A DNA stretch of 64,000 nucleotides, from contig JAGWBK010000022.1 in the NCBI GenBank assembly GCA_021295915.1, positions 22,740-86,739 of the forward strand. Direction: 5' to 3'. A program made the position numbers and the translations under genes. Position 1 is the first letter of the stretch; each line of letters opens with the position of its first letter. Source of the DNA: Dehalococcoidia bacterium. GTDB taxonomy: Bacteria; Chloroflexota; Dehalococcoidia; Lucifugimonadales; UBA1123. Below the pieces are notes generated by a model. It did not search any database. It worked only from the letters and a program-made list of their open reading frames with translations, and had not been told where the DNA came from. Positions 26,213 through 34,926 of this stretch are shown piece after piece.

Positions 26213-26384
26213 GAACTTGATCCTCTATCTGGCGACCAGGGCCAGTGCACTTCTTACTTATGCAGGCTCACTAGCCACGATAATATCAGACCACTTCTGG
26301 GTTGGAGTCGACTCACCATCCGCCATGCAATCCCTCACGCTATAATATCCGCAGTCAATAGGGTCTGAGCAGGGGGTTTCTGAA

Positions 26385-26888
26385 GTGCAGTCATCTGAGT
26401 CGATTGAGAACGGCGTTGTATCTCAGCTGGAGTCACTTGGTGTTGATTACGAGATGTTCGAGATCGACCCCGACTTCGCGGATACCGCGCAGTTCTGTGA
26501 GAAGTACGGCTTTCCGCTGGAGAATTCGGGCAACACGATTGTCGTGGCGTCCAAGCGGGGCCAGAAGAAGCACTGCGCCTGCATCGTCGCAGCCACCGAC
26601 AGGCTCGACGTCAACAAGCGCGTCAAGGGGTTGATGGAAGTGTCGCGCGCGTCGTTCGCAGGCGCTGACGAGACGATGGAAATCACGGGCATGATGATCG
26701 GTGGGGTCACGCCGTTCGGACTGCCGTCCGATCTGCCCATATATGCGGACGCGAAATTACAGTCTCTCGACTACCTGATCGTCGGCGGAGGCGGACGGTC
26801 GACCAAGCTCCGGCTCGCGCCGTCTGAGTTGGACAAGCTGCCCAACCTGGAGTTCATCGAGGGGTTGTCGCTGCCGCCGAGGGAGTGA
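26385..26888 (+). CDS. YbaK/ProX-type aminoacyl-tRNA deacylase domain protein
   Basis: 167 aa with KKHCACIVAATDRLDVNKRVKGLM...GMMIGGVTPFGLP...IVGGGGRSTKLRLAP. Confidence 0.7.
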   Translation: MQSSESIENGVVSQLESLGVDYEMFEIDPDFADTAQFCEKYGFPLENSGNTIVVASKRGQKKHCACIVAATDRLDVNKRVKGLMEVSRASFAGADETMEITGMMIGGVTPFGLPSDLPIYADAKLQSLDYLIVGGGGRSTKLRLAPSELDKLPNLEFIEGLSLPPRE

Positions 26889-26910
26889 TAGATCGCTCAG
26901 GCTCTCGCAC

Positions 26911-26978
26911 CAGTGGATTGCCGAGCGGACCGCGGCGACGGGTGGATTCCCGCTTTCGCGGGAATGACGGTTGATGGG
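26911..26978 (+). repeat. Repeat family C copy (hairpin ATTCCCGC-tttc-GCGGGAAT)
   Basis: Aligns with 14838-14905 and 14953-15020. An inverted copy lies at 41566-41590. Confidence 0.85.
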
Positions 26979-27017
26979 TGTTGCCGATCGCTTACACGTA
27001 CAAACAATGGCTGGTGT

Positions 27018-27587
27018 TCAGAACGGGATGCCCCAGAGGGCGTACCAGTTCTCCAGTTTGCGCTGGACTGGGATCCTCTCCTCGCGCATGATCTCTCCGA
27101 TGCGCATTTCGGTGGCGTAGTCGCGCTCGCGGCTGGCTGTCGGGACGAACGGGTAGAACCTGCCGGCCTTGTAGTTGTAAAGCCAGTACGCGGGGCGCCC
27201 CTGGAACTCCATTCCAAATACGGCGGCCAGCAGACGGTCTGCGAAGCCGTGATCGACTATCGTCTCGGTTATGGTGTGGATGAGACTGACGAGGTCCTCG
27301 AAGTCTGGATCATCCAGAATTATCCAGCGGGTGCCAAACTCGTCGTCCTGTAGCTCGAAGCGGGTGCCGGTGGCACGGCCGCTGACTTCGAGCAGGGTGC
27401 GGACCTCAGAGTCCAGACTGTCGAAGTACGATGACTCCACGGGGTTGACCACAACGCCCGCCTTGTAGGTCGGACGCAACTCGGTCCTGGCTTCCAGGTT
27501 GTAGGCAGCGCCTATGATCGAGAAGAATTGCTCTCTGTCCGGTGTCTTGAGTTTGGTGTGTCCGAATATCGCGCTGAAGATGCCCAC
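27018..27587 (-). CDS. Conserved hypothetical protein resembling PspA-associated protein PspAB (assigned from memory of the family pattern)
   Basis: 189 aa: GIFSAIFGHTKLKTPDREQFFSIIGAAYNLEA...GRFYPFVPTASRERDYATEMRIGE...ENWYALWGIPF. GTG start chosen so the gene does not overlap htpX. Confidence 0.5.
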   Translation of the reverse strand: MGIFSAIFGHTKLKTPDREQFFSIIGAAYNLEARTELRPTYKAGVVVNPVESSYFDSLDSEVRTLLEVSGRATGTRFELQDDEFGTRWIILDDPDFEDLVSLIHTITETIVDHGFADRLLAAVFGMEFQGRPAYWLYNYKAGRFYPFVPTASRERDYATEMRIGEIMREERIPVQRKLENWYALWGIPF

Positions 27588-27648
27588 GAGGTCTCGCTCT
27601 CTTCCCTTCCATCTGAAACCCGTGAAAGAGAGTTTATCGCAACCCGGC

Positions 27649-28587
27649 CTACGGGCGGAACGGTGTGCCGCGCTCGAGCTCCCTCTGCATGTTCTGGAGG
27701 CGCTCGATGCGCTTCTCCGTCGGTGGATGGGAAGAGAACAGTCGTGAAATGTCGTTGCCTGACAGCGCCGGAGCGAACATGAAGGCATTGGCATGCCTGA
27801 CGTCGCGGAGGTCCTCGTCGGGGATGCGGTACATGTCGTTGCTGATCTTTGCCAGCGCGGACGCGAGCTGCATCGGCGCGCCGGTCACGATCGCGCCTCC
27901 ACGGTCGGCAGCGTACTCGCGATAGCGCGATAGCGCCATCACCAGGAGTTGGGCCAAGAAGTAGACGACAATGGTCCCCACGTAGACGGCCATCATGATC
28001 AGCATGAGATTGCCGCCCTCGCCTCTGCGGTCGCCGCGTCCCCCGAAACCCCCGAACAGGCTCATCCAGAACAGCATCTGCATGAGGTAACCGGCCGTGA
28101 TTACCAGCAGGCTGGCCCAGGTCATGACAGCGACGTCACGATTCTTCACGTGGGCTAGCTCGTGACCGAGCACGGCCTCGGCCTCACGGTCGGTGAGCCT
28201 GGACATCAGACCGCGTGTGACGGCCACTACGGCGTTGTCCGGGTTCCGACCTGTCGCGAAGGCGTTGGGCACGTGCGTGTCCATTACCGCGATCTTCTTG
28301 GGCTTGGGGATCTCGTACATCTGCGCGAGCCGCTCGATGGTCGCGTGCAGCCACGGCTCCTCCTGTGCAGTGACCTCGCGCGCGCCGGTGGACATCAGCA
28401 CCAGCTTGTCCGACATGAAGTACTGGATCAGGACACCGATTAGAGCGAAGCCGAAGATCAGGACCGGGGAGATGCCCGCCCAGAACAGCAGGCCCATGAA
28501 CACAACCCACAGGCCAGCCAGCATGAACATCGTGAAGAACATGCGGAACGTGAGTCCAGTATCTCTACCGTAGCTGCGTTGTCTCAC
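27649..28587 (-). CDS. htpX: M48-family zinc metalloprotease HtpX
   Basis: 312 aa with 4 TM segments, the HELAHVKNRD (HExxH) motif and YREYAADRGGA. Confidence 0.92.
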   Translation of the reverse strand: MRQRSYGRDTGLTFRMFFTMFMLAGLWVVFMGLLFWAGISPVLIFGFALIGVLIQYFMSDKLVLMSTGAREVTAQEEPWLHATIERLAQMYEIPKPKKIAVMDTHVPNAFATGRNPDNAVVAVTRGLMSRLTDREAEAVLGHELAHVKNRDVAVMTWASLLVITAGYLMQMLFWMSLFGGFGGRGDRRGEGGNLMLIMMAVYVGTIVVYFLAQLLVMALSRYREYAADRGGAIVTGAPMQLASALAKISNDMYRIPDEDLRDVRHANAFMFAPALSGNDISRLFSSHPPTEKRIERLQNMQRELERGTPFRP

Positions 28588-28780
28588 CAGCGGAGCTCCT
28601 GTTGTGCTCTGTTCGGCCCGCCTATGTCTTAATCATAGCGAATGCACAGGATGTCCGAGGCCCCGGTTTGCAGACCTCAGAGAGTACAACGCAGGAGTCC
28701 TTGGTCAGTTAGTGAGAGCCCCTAATGCTGCTGGTTGTCGGCCCCCGACGGAGGCCGTGTCAGGATCACTTTCAATCGCT

Positions 28781-29176
28781 TCAGCCGGGTGGCTGCACCA
28801 GCTCGATGAGGACGTCGTCCGGGCCCTCGATGTAGGCGAGCTTTGCGCCGCCTGCCACCTCGGTGATGGGCAGAACGACCCGGACTCCCGCAGCGGACAG
28901 CCGGTCGATGTCGGACTCGATGTCCTCGACGTCGAACCCGAAGTGCTCCAAGCCCAGCCGGTTCAGTTCCGCAGAGGCGCGCTCGTCTGAAGACCCCGCC
29001 ACCTGTGATGAGATGTTCAGGCGGACGGGCGAGCCCATGTCCATGCTGATCGTCACTGTGCCGGGCATGACCTCGCGCTCGGAGACCTTCGTGGCACCGA
29101 AGTGTTCGGCGTACCAGTCCGCCGACGCGGAGGGATCTGCTGATCGTATGTGAACGTGGTTGATGAGGTATGGCAT
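28781..29176 (-). CDS. VOC (glyoxalase/bleomycin-resistance/dioxygenase) family protein
   Basis: 131 aa with INHVHIRSADPSASADWY...LEHFGFDVEDIESDIDRL...AYIEGPDDVLIELV. Confidence 0.8.
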   Translation of the reverse strand: MPYLINHVHIRSADPSASADWYAEHFGATKVSEREVMPGTVTISMDMGSPVRLNISSQVAGSSDERASAELNRLGLEHFGFDVEDIESDIDRLSAAGVRVVLPITEVAGGAKLAYIEGPDDVLIELVQPPG

Positions 29177-29209
29177 GTGTCATCCTCCTGTTGTCTAGCT
29201 CCCGTTAGG

Positions 29210-29300
29210 TGTCCTCTCCCGTCAGGGAAAGGGTAGAGGTGAGAGCGAAGATTTCCCCTCATCCTAACCTTCTCCCCAGGGAGAAGGGACTTCTTGATCT
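29210..29300. repeat. Repeat family D (CCYTCTCCC..GGGAGARGG hairpins)
   Basis: CCTCTCCCgtcaGGGAAAGG and CCTTCTCCccagGGAGAAGG hairpins. Related copies lie at 41524-41670 and 55726-55746. Confidence 0.7.
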
Positions 29301-29321
29301 CACTTTCGCCTTGCTGTGTGA

Positions 29322-30392
29322 CTACCCGATGCGACCGCCGGGCATGTTTGTCCATGCGCTCATTTCGTGTGCCATCACGACCGGATCGGCCTTGCAGACG
29401 AAGTTCGGGTTGAGCTGGTCAATCGAGGTTACACCCATGAGAGCCATAGCGACGGTGATCTCGTCTTCCAGAAGTTCCAGCACCCTGACTACACCCTCGC
29501 ATCCGGCGGCAGCAATTCCCCAGCCCTGGAGCTTTCCGATTGCGACAGCGTCGGCGCCAAGAGCGACGGCCTTGAGGACGTCAGTGCCGCGCTGTATGCC
29601 ACCGTCCAGTACTATCGTCGCCTTGCCGTCGACAGCCTCGACGATCTCAGGCAGCATCTCAAGCGTTCCCTGTCCGTGGTCTAGCTGTCGTCCACCGTGG
29701 TTGGACACCCAGATGACATCCACGCCGTGCTCTATTGCGATCTTCGCGTCCTCGGCGGTCGCGATGCCCTTGAGCATGAACGGCAGTCCGGCAAGTTCCT
29801 TGATCCTAGCCGCTGTCTCCCAGGTGACCGAAGCCGCATGGGATGGATTGCGCGGGGCGCGGCGCGTGGGTGTGAGATACCTCGTCAGCAGCGGCCGCTC
29901 TCTCCGGCTGTAGTGGGCGGTGTCCACGGTGATGCAGAGACCGATGTACCCAGCGTCCTTGATCGCACCGACACGCTCTTCGATCCACGCCCAGTCGCCG
30001 TGGAGGTAAAGCTGGAATACCTTTGGGTGGTCGACCGCAGCGGCAATATCCTCAAGTCCGGGCTCCGTGACAGAGCTTACGACGTGCATGACGCCGTACT
30101 CGGCCGCAGCCCTGGTGGAAGCCGCGCCTCCCTCGGGATTAAAGACCTGGAGCGAGCCAATTGGTGCAAGCAACACCGGGATCTTCAGGTTCTGTCCCAG
30201 GAATGTCGTGGACGTGTCTACACTGGAGACATCGACCAGCACCCGGGGGCGGAATGCAACCTGGTCGAAAGCCAGCCGGTTGCGGCGCATGGTCGTCTCA
30301 GACTCAGACGCGCCCACCAAGTAGTCCCACGCGCCCTGGTGCAGGTTCACCCGTGCTCTCTGGACGATCTCCTCGTTGCTCAGGAATTCCAT
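29322..30392 (-). CDS. FMN-dependent alpha-hydroxy-acid oxidase/dehydrogenase (LldD/glycolate-oxidase family)
   Basis: 356 aa with the WVSNHGGRQLD motif, a TIM-barrel FMN family signature, and DGGIQRGTDVLKAVALGA. Confidence 0.9.
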   Translation of the reverse strand: MEFLSNEEIVQRARVNLHQGAWDYLVGASESETTMRRNRLAFDQVAFRPRVLVDVSSVDTSTTFLGQNLKIPVLLAPIGSLQVFNPEGGAASTRAAAEYGVMHVVSSVTEPGLEDIAAAVDHPKVFQLYLHGDWAWIEERVGAIKDAGYIGLCITVDTAHYSRRERPLLTRYLTPTRRAPRNPSHAASVTWETAARIKELAGLPFMLKGIATAEDAKIAIEHGVDVIWVSNHGGRQLDHGQGTLEMLPEIVEAVDGKATIVLDGGIQRGTDVLKAVALGADAVAIGKLQGWGIAAAGCEGVVRVLELLEDEITVAMALMGVTSIDQLNPNFVCKADPVVMAHEMSAWTNMPGGRIG

Positions 30393-30606
30393 ATCTACGT
30401 CTTGCTCCTCGCTGTCGGGGTGTTGAGTGTGTTGACCATAACGTCATGGCGACTGAAACAAGGTACCACTGGGATCGTATGACGCTCAATGGCGAGCGCT
30501 CGACGAGCGCTCCCTTACCGATAGGGTTGATGAATCTTGTCCTCGAAAACGTTTGCAAAACGCTGTGATATTATTGGCCCGCTACAACCTACGACGGAGG
30601 CCCACT

Positions 30607-31632
30607 ATGCCTTTTGGCGGAAACGACTGGCTCGCACTGACTGAAGAGGAGACCCTCGAACCCGATCTTCCGATCTGCGACCCTCACCACCACTTCTGGG
30701 ATTTTCGTACCGAGCGAATCCCATACCAGCGGTACCTGCTGCACGACCTCGCAGACGATGTGAACAGCGGACACAACGTACGATCCACCGTGTTCGTCGA
30801 GGCGCGGGCGATGTACAGGTCCGGCGGGCCGGACGAGATGAAGCCCGTAGGAGAGGTCGAGTTCGTCCAGGGGCTCGCTGCTGCGAGCGCGAGCGGGCTG
30901 TACGGCCCGACCCGTGCGGCGGCCTCTATAGTAGGACACGCTAACCTGAACCTCGGCGACGCTGTCGAGCCGGTACTCGAGGCGCTCCAGACTGCGAGCC
31001 CCAACAGGTTCAGGGGAATCAGGCACTCGGTGACCTGGGACCCTCATCCTGAAATCGAGGTCACGTCCGCCTACAGGATGCAGGGACAGCTTGCCAGTGA
31101 CGAATTCCGCGCCGGGGCGCGCGTCCTGTCACGAATGGGCCTGTCCCTGGAGGGCTGGATGTACTTCCCGCAGCTTCCAGAGCTTGCCGACTTCGCCAAG
31201 GCGGTGCCCGATCTCAAGATCATCCTCAACCACATTGGAGGTCTGCTGAGGGTTGGCCCTTATGGCAACAACGACGACGAAGTGCTCGCCACATGGCGCA
31301 GCGGCATTGCGGCAGTGGCCGAGTGTCCAAACGTCACGGTCAAGCTCGGCGGCATCGGTATGCCGCGCACCGGGTTCGACTGGCACGAGCGCGATACACC
31401 GATCGGGTCTGAGGAGCTGGCCGAGTCAATGGCGCCTTTCATGAACTACTGCATCGAGCAGTTCGGGCCAGATCGGAGCATGTTCGAGAGCAACTTCCCG
31501 GTGGACAAGGTCTCGTACTCGTACAACGTCATGTACAACGCCTTCAAGCGCCTATCCAAGGACTACAGCGACTCCGAGCGCGCCGCCATGTTCCACGACA
31601 CCGCAGCGCGGGTCTACAGGGTGGAAGTGTAA
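30607..31632 (+). CDS. Amidohydrolase-2 (metal-dependent hydrolase/decarboxylase, PF04909-like) family protein
   Basis: ICDPHHHFWDF metal-binding start, HIGG and ESNFPVDK C-terminal motifs. GGAGG lies 6 nt before the ATG. Confidence 0.8.
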   Translation: MPFGGNDWLALTEEETLEPDLPICDPHHHFWDFRTERIPYQRYLLHDLADDVNSGHNVRSTVFVEARAMYRSGGPDEMKPVGEVEFVQGLAAASASGLYGPTRAAASIVGHANLNLGDAVEPVLEALQTASPNRFRGIRHSVTWDPHPEIEVTSAYRMQGQLASDEFRAGARVLSRMGLSLEGWMYFPQLPELADFAKAVPDLKIILNHIGGLLRVGPYGNNDDEVLATWRSGIAAVAECPNVTVKLGGIGMPRTGFDWHERDTPIGSEELAESMAPFMNYCIEQFGPDRSMFESNFPVDKVSYSYNVMYNAFKRLSKDYSDSERAAMFHDTAARVYRVEV

Positions 31633-31663
31633 CGCCCAAACGAAGAACGAGAGGAATAGAAAA

Positions 31664-32833
31664 ATGGCGCTCCCGGAAAGAATGAAATTTGGAATCTTCC
31701 TCGGTCCGTTCCACCGTGTGGGCGAGAACCCGACACTGGCCATGGACCGCGACATGGAACTTATCCAATGGCTGGACTACCTGGGCTACGACGAGGCCTG
31801 GATCGGCGAGCACCACAGCGCGGGCTGGGAGATCATCTCGTCGCCCGAGATCTTCATGGCGGTTGCTGCCGATCGCACTCGGCACATCAAGCTGGGAACG
31901 GGAGTCGTGAGCCTGCCGTACCACCACCCTCTGATGGTCGCCAATCGCATGACACAGCTCGACCACATGACACACGGGCGAGTCATGTTCGGCGTCGGCC
32001 CCGGCGCGCTTCCGGGCGACGCCTACATGATGGGAATAGACCCGACCACGCAGCGCGAGAAGATGGACGAGGCGCTCGGCATCATCCTGCGGCTGTTCAC
32101 CGAGACCGACCCGATCACGTACAAGAGCGACTGGTTCGAGCTGAACGAGGCGATGCTCCAGATCAGACCGTTCCAGAAGCCGCACATGCCCATAGCGGTA
32201 GCCTCGGTGCAGTCTCCCGCGGGCGTCGCGCTCGCCGGAAAGTACGGCGCGTCGGTGCTGACCATCACCGTTCCGAGAGACCCATCTTCAGGCGAATCCA
32301 ACCTGAGGGGACTGTGGGACGTTGCGGAGGAGTCGGCGGCGGAGCACGGTCAGACTGTCGACCGCTTCGACTGGCGGCTGACTCTACCCATACACCTTGC
32401 GGAGACCCGCGAGAAGGCGTTCGAAGAGGCCAGGCTTGGCGCGGGTCGATTCCTGCGCGAGTACACTGAAGAGACCAATGGGCGCAAGGCAGCCTACGAC
32501 GGTCCTCTAGAGGGTGTCATCGATCACATGGCCGAGACCGGCTCGTGGGTCATCGGCACGCCGGACGACTGCGTCGCCGCAATCAAGCGTCTCGAAGAGC
32601 AGAGCGGCGGATTCGGCGGGCTGCTGGTGCAGACGATCGACTGGGCTCCAAGAGACAGGATCCTCAACAGCTACGAGCTGCTGGCGCGATACGTAATGCC
32701 GCAGTTCCAGGGGTCGCTGACAGGTTTAGAAGGCTCCAACCAGTGGGCGCGCAATCGCCAGGAGGACCTGGTGAGCGGCAGGGTTGCGGCCATCGACCGC
32801 GCCCACCAGGTTTATGCGGAGCGCCGCGCATGA
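31664..32833 (+). CDS. LLM-class (luciferase-like) flavin-dependent monooxygenase
   Basis: 389 aa with MKFGIFLGPFH...YDEAWIGEHHS...GTGVVSLPYHHP...GRVMFGVGPG. Confidence 0.9.
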   Translation: MALPERMKFGIFLGPFHRVGENPTLAMDRDMELIQWLDYLGYDEAWIGEHHSAGWEIISSPEIFMAVAADRTRHIKLGTGVVSLPYHHPLMVANRMTQLDHMTHGRVMFGVGPGALPGDAYMMGIDPTTQREKMDEALGIILRLFTETDPITYKSDWFELNEAMLQIRPFQKPHMPIAVASVQSPAGVALAGKYGASVLTITVPRDPSSGESNLRGLWDVAEESAAEHGQTVDRFDWRLTLPIHLAETREKAFEEARLGAGRFLREYTEETNGRKAAYDGPLEGVIDHMAETGSWVIGTPDDCVAAIKRLEEQSGGFGGLLVQTIDWAPRDRILNSYELLARYVMPQFQGSLTGLEGSNQWARNRQEDLVSGRVAAIDRAHQVYAERRA

Positions 32834-34926
32834 CGGGGCCAACACACTCGCTCAGCATTGACATTGGCGGGACGTTTACGGACTTCTCTCTCCACGACGT
32901 CGAGACCGGCGACCTCAGCGTTCACAAGGTGCTCACCGATCCTGAAGACCCTGCCAGCGCACTTATCCGCGGCGTTCGGGAGATCCTGGCTGATACCGGC
33001 ACTGCGCCGGAGTCGCTGCGGCTTGTCGTACACAGCACGACGCTTGCCACCAACGCGATCATCGAACGCAAGGGGGCGAAGACCGCGCTGCTGACGACGC
33101 GCGGGTTCCGGGACGTACTGGAGTTGGGGCGCGAGCAGATCTACGACATGCACGATCTTCACGCCCGCTATCCCGATCCGATAGTACCCAGGCATCTCAG
33201 GGCTGAGGTGCAGGAGCGAGTCGATCGCGATGGCAGAGTCTTGCAGGAACTCGACCTGGAGACTTCAGCACAGGTGCTGGACGAACTCGTCGAGCAGGGA
33301 GTCGAGGCGGTCGCGGTGTCGCTGCTGCACTCGTACAACAACCCGGTCAACGAACAGGCGCTGAAAGAGCAGATCGAGAAGCGACATCCAGACCTGAGTC
33401 TGTCACTCTCATCCGAGGTCGCTCCCGTTATCAACGAGTACGAGCGAACGTCAACAACTACCGCCGACGGATACATCAAGCCGTCGGTCACCAGTTACAT
33501 ACGTGGCGTCGAACGCGACCTCGCCGCCGAGGGATATGACGGACGACTGCTGGTGATGCACTCAGCCGGCGGAGTCATGGACGCAGACGCGTCGTGCGAA
33601 AGGCCCATCCGTATGCTGGAGTCCGGCCCTGCTGCGGGAGCACTCGCCGCGGGCTTCTACAGCGACCTGCTGGGTGAACCTGACCTGATCTCGCTTGATA
33701 TGGGAGGCACCACAGCCAAGACCTGCGTCATCGAAGACGGTAGGCCAAGTCAGACGAACACAATCGAGGTGGCGCGAGTCCACCGGTTCAAGATCGGCAG
33801 TGGGCTACCCATTGTCATTCCTGTGCTGGACCTGATCGAGATAGGTTCGGGCGGAGGCAGCATTGCGTGGCTCGATGGGCTGGGCCTGCTGCGGGTCGGC
33901 CCTCAGAGTTCGGGTGCGAGTCCTGGTCCTGCCTGCTACGGTCTGGGCGGTACAGAGCCAACCGTGACCGACGCCAACCTCGTCCTCGGCTACCTGAACC
34001 CCGACTACTTCCTGGGCGGCAGGATGAACCTGGATACCGGCGCCGCACGGACTGCGATGTCCCGTCTCGGTTCGCAGATGGGAATGAATGAGGTCGAGGC
34101 CGCGTGGGGCGTGTACAGCGTCGTGACTGAGAGCATGGCTGCCGCCGCGCGCATACACATTATCGGGCGCAACAAAGACCCTCGTAGGTACGCCATAGTC
34201 GCATTCGGCGGCGCGGGACCGGCCCACGCCTGCGAGGTCGCGAGGATTCTCGGCGCGGCCCGCGTGGTCGTGCCGCTCGGAGCCGGGGTAACGTCCGCAC
34301 TCGGCTGCCTTGCTGCGCCACTGTCGTTCGAGAGCGTACGCTCAGCACCCGGCCTGCTGGAGAGAACAGACTGGGACGAGGTTAATCGCACTTTCGAAGA
34401 GATGGAGTCGTGGGGACGCGAGATGCTCGCGAACTCGGGCGTGTCCGCAGACGAAGTGCAGATGACGCGAACCGGAGACATGCGGCTCGTCGGGCAGATA
34501 CACGAGATCAACGTGCCTGTCCCCGGCGAGACGCTGTCAGGCGACGACATAGAGCGAATAGAGTCGGACTTCCACTCGATCTACCAGGAGCTATACGCCC
34601 GCCGTAACCTCAGCCTGCCTATCGAGGTACAGAACTGGCGGCTTTTGGTCAGTGGCCCTCAGCCTGACCTCTCGCTCAGGGAGCAGGAGGTTGCAGGCGG
34701 AGGGAGCGCAAACCGTGACGCCGTGAAGGGGTCTCGGCAAGCGTACTTCCCAAGTGCGAGCGGGTATGTGGACTGCCATGTGTATGACCGATATCGCCTG
34801 CAAGCGGGCGCGGAGTTCCCAGGTCCCGCGATCATCGAAGAGGCCGAAGCCACAACGATTGTACGTCCCGGCGAAAGCGTATCCGTGGACAGGTGGCTGA
34901 ATCTCGTCATCACATTGGAGGACTGA
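32830..34926 (+). CDS. hyuA: Hydantoinase/oxoprolinase A-type subunit
   Basis: SIDIGGTFTDFSL N-terminus, DMGGTTAK and FGGAGPAHA motifs. ATGA overlap with the LLM stop. The longer 793-aa ORF is an upstream extension. Confidence 0.9.
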   Translation: MTGPTHSLSIDIGGTFTDFSLHDVETGDLSVHKVLTDPEDPASALIRGVREILADTGTAPESLRLVVHSTTLATNAIIERKGAKTALLTTRGFRDVLELGREQIYDMHDLHARYPDPIVPRHLRAEVQERVDRDGRVLQELDLETSAQVLDELVEQGVEAVAVSLLHSYNNPVNEQALKEQIEKRHPDLSLSLSSEVAPVINEYERTSTTTADGYIKPSVTSYIRGVERDLAAEGYDGRLLVMHSAGGVMDADASCERPIRMLESGPAAGALAAGFYSDLLGEPDLISLDMGGTTAKTCVIEDGRPSQTNTIEVARVHRFKIGSGLPIVIPVLDLIEIGSGGGSIAWLDGLGLLRVGPQSSGASPGPACYGLGGTEPTVTDANLVLGYLNPDYFLGGRMNLDTGAARTAMSRLGSQMGMNEVEAAWGVYSVVTESMAAAARIHIIGRNKDPRRYAIVAFGGAGPAHACEVARILGAARVVVPLGAGVTSALGCLAAPLSFESVRSAPGLLERTDWDEVNRTFEEMESWGREMLANSGVSADEVQMTRTGDMRLVGQIHEINVPVPGETLSGDDIERIESDFHSIYQELYARRNLSLPIEVQNWRLLVSGPQPDLSLREQEVAGGGSANRDAVKGSRQAYFPSASGYVDCHVYDRYRLQAGAEFPGPAIIEEAEATTIVRPGESVSVDRWLNLVITLED

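Noticed and set aside
27588-27794. Upstream extension of the PspAB-like ORF, and ORFs 27514..27782 on the plus strand.
   Set aside because: The extension overlaps the 3' end of htpX and is Arg/Ser/Cys-rich junk.
32545-32829. 95-aa N-terminal extension of the hyuA ORF (793-aa version).
   Set aside because: It overlaps the LLM gene in another frame and is Arg-rich junk. The conserved HyuA N-terminus (SIDIGGTFTD) follows the ATG at 32830, which forms an ATGA overlap with the LLM stop.
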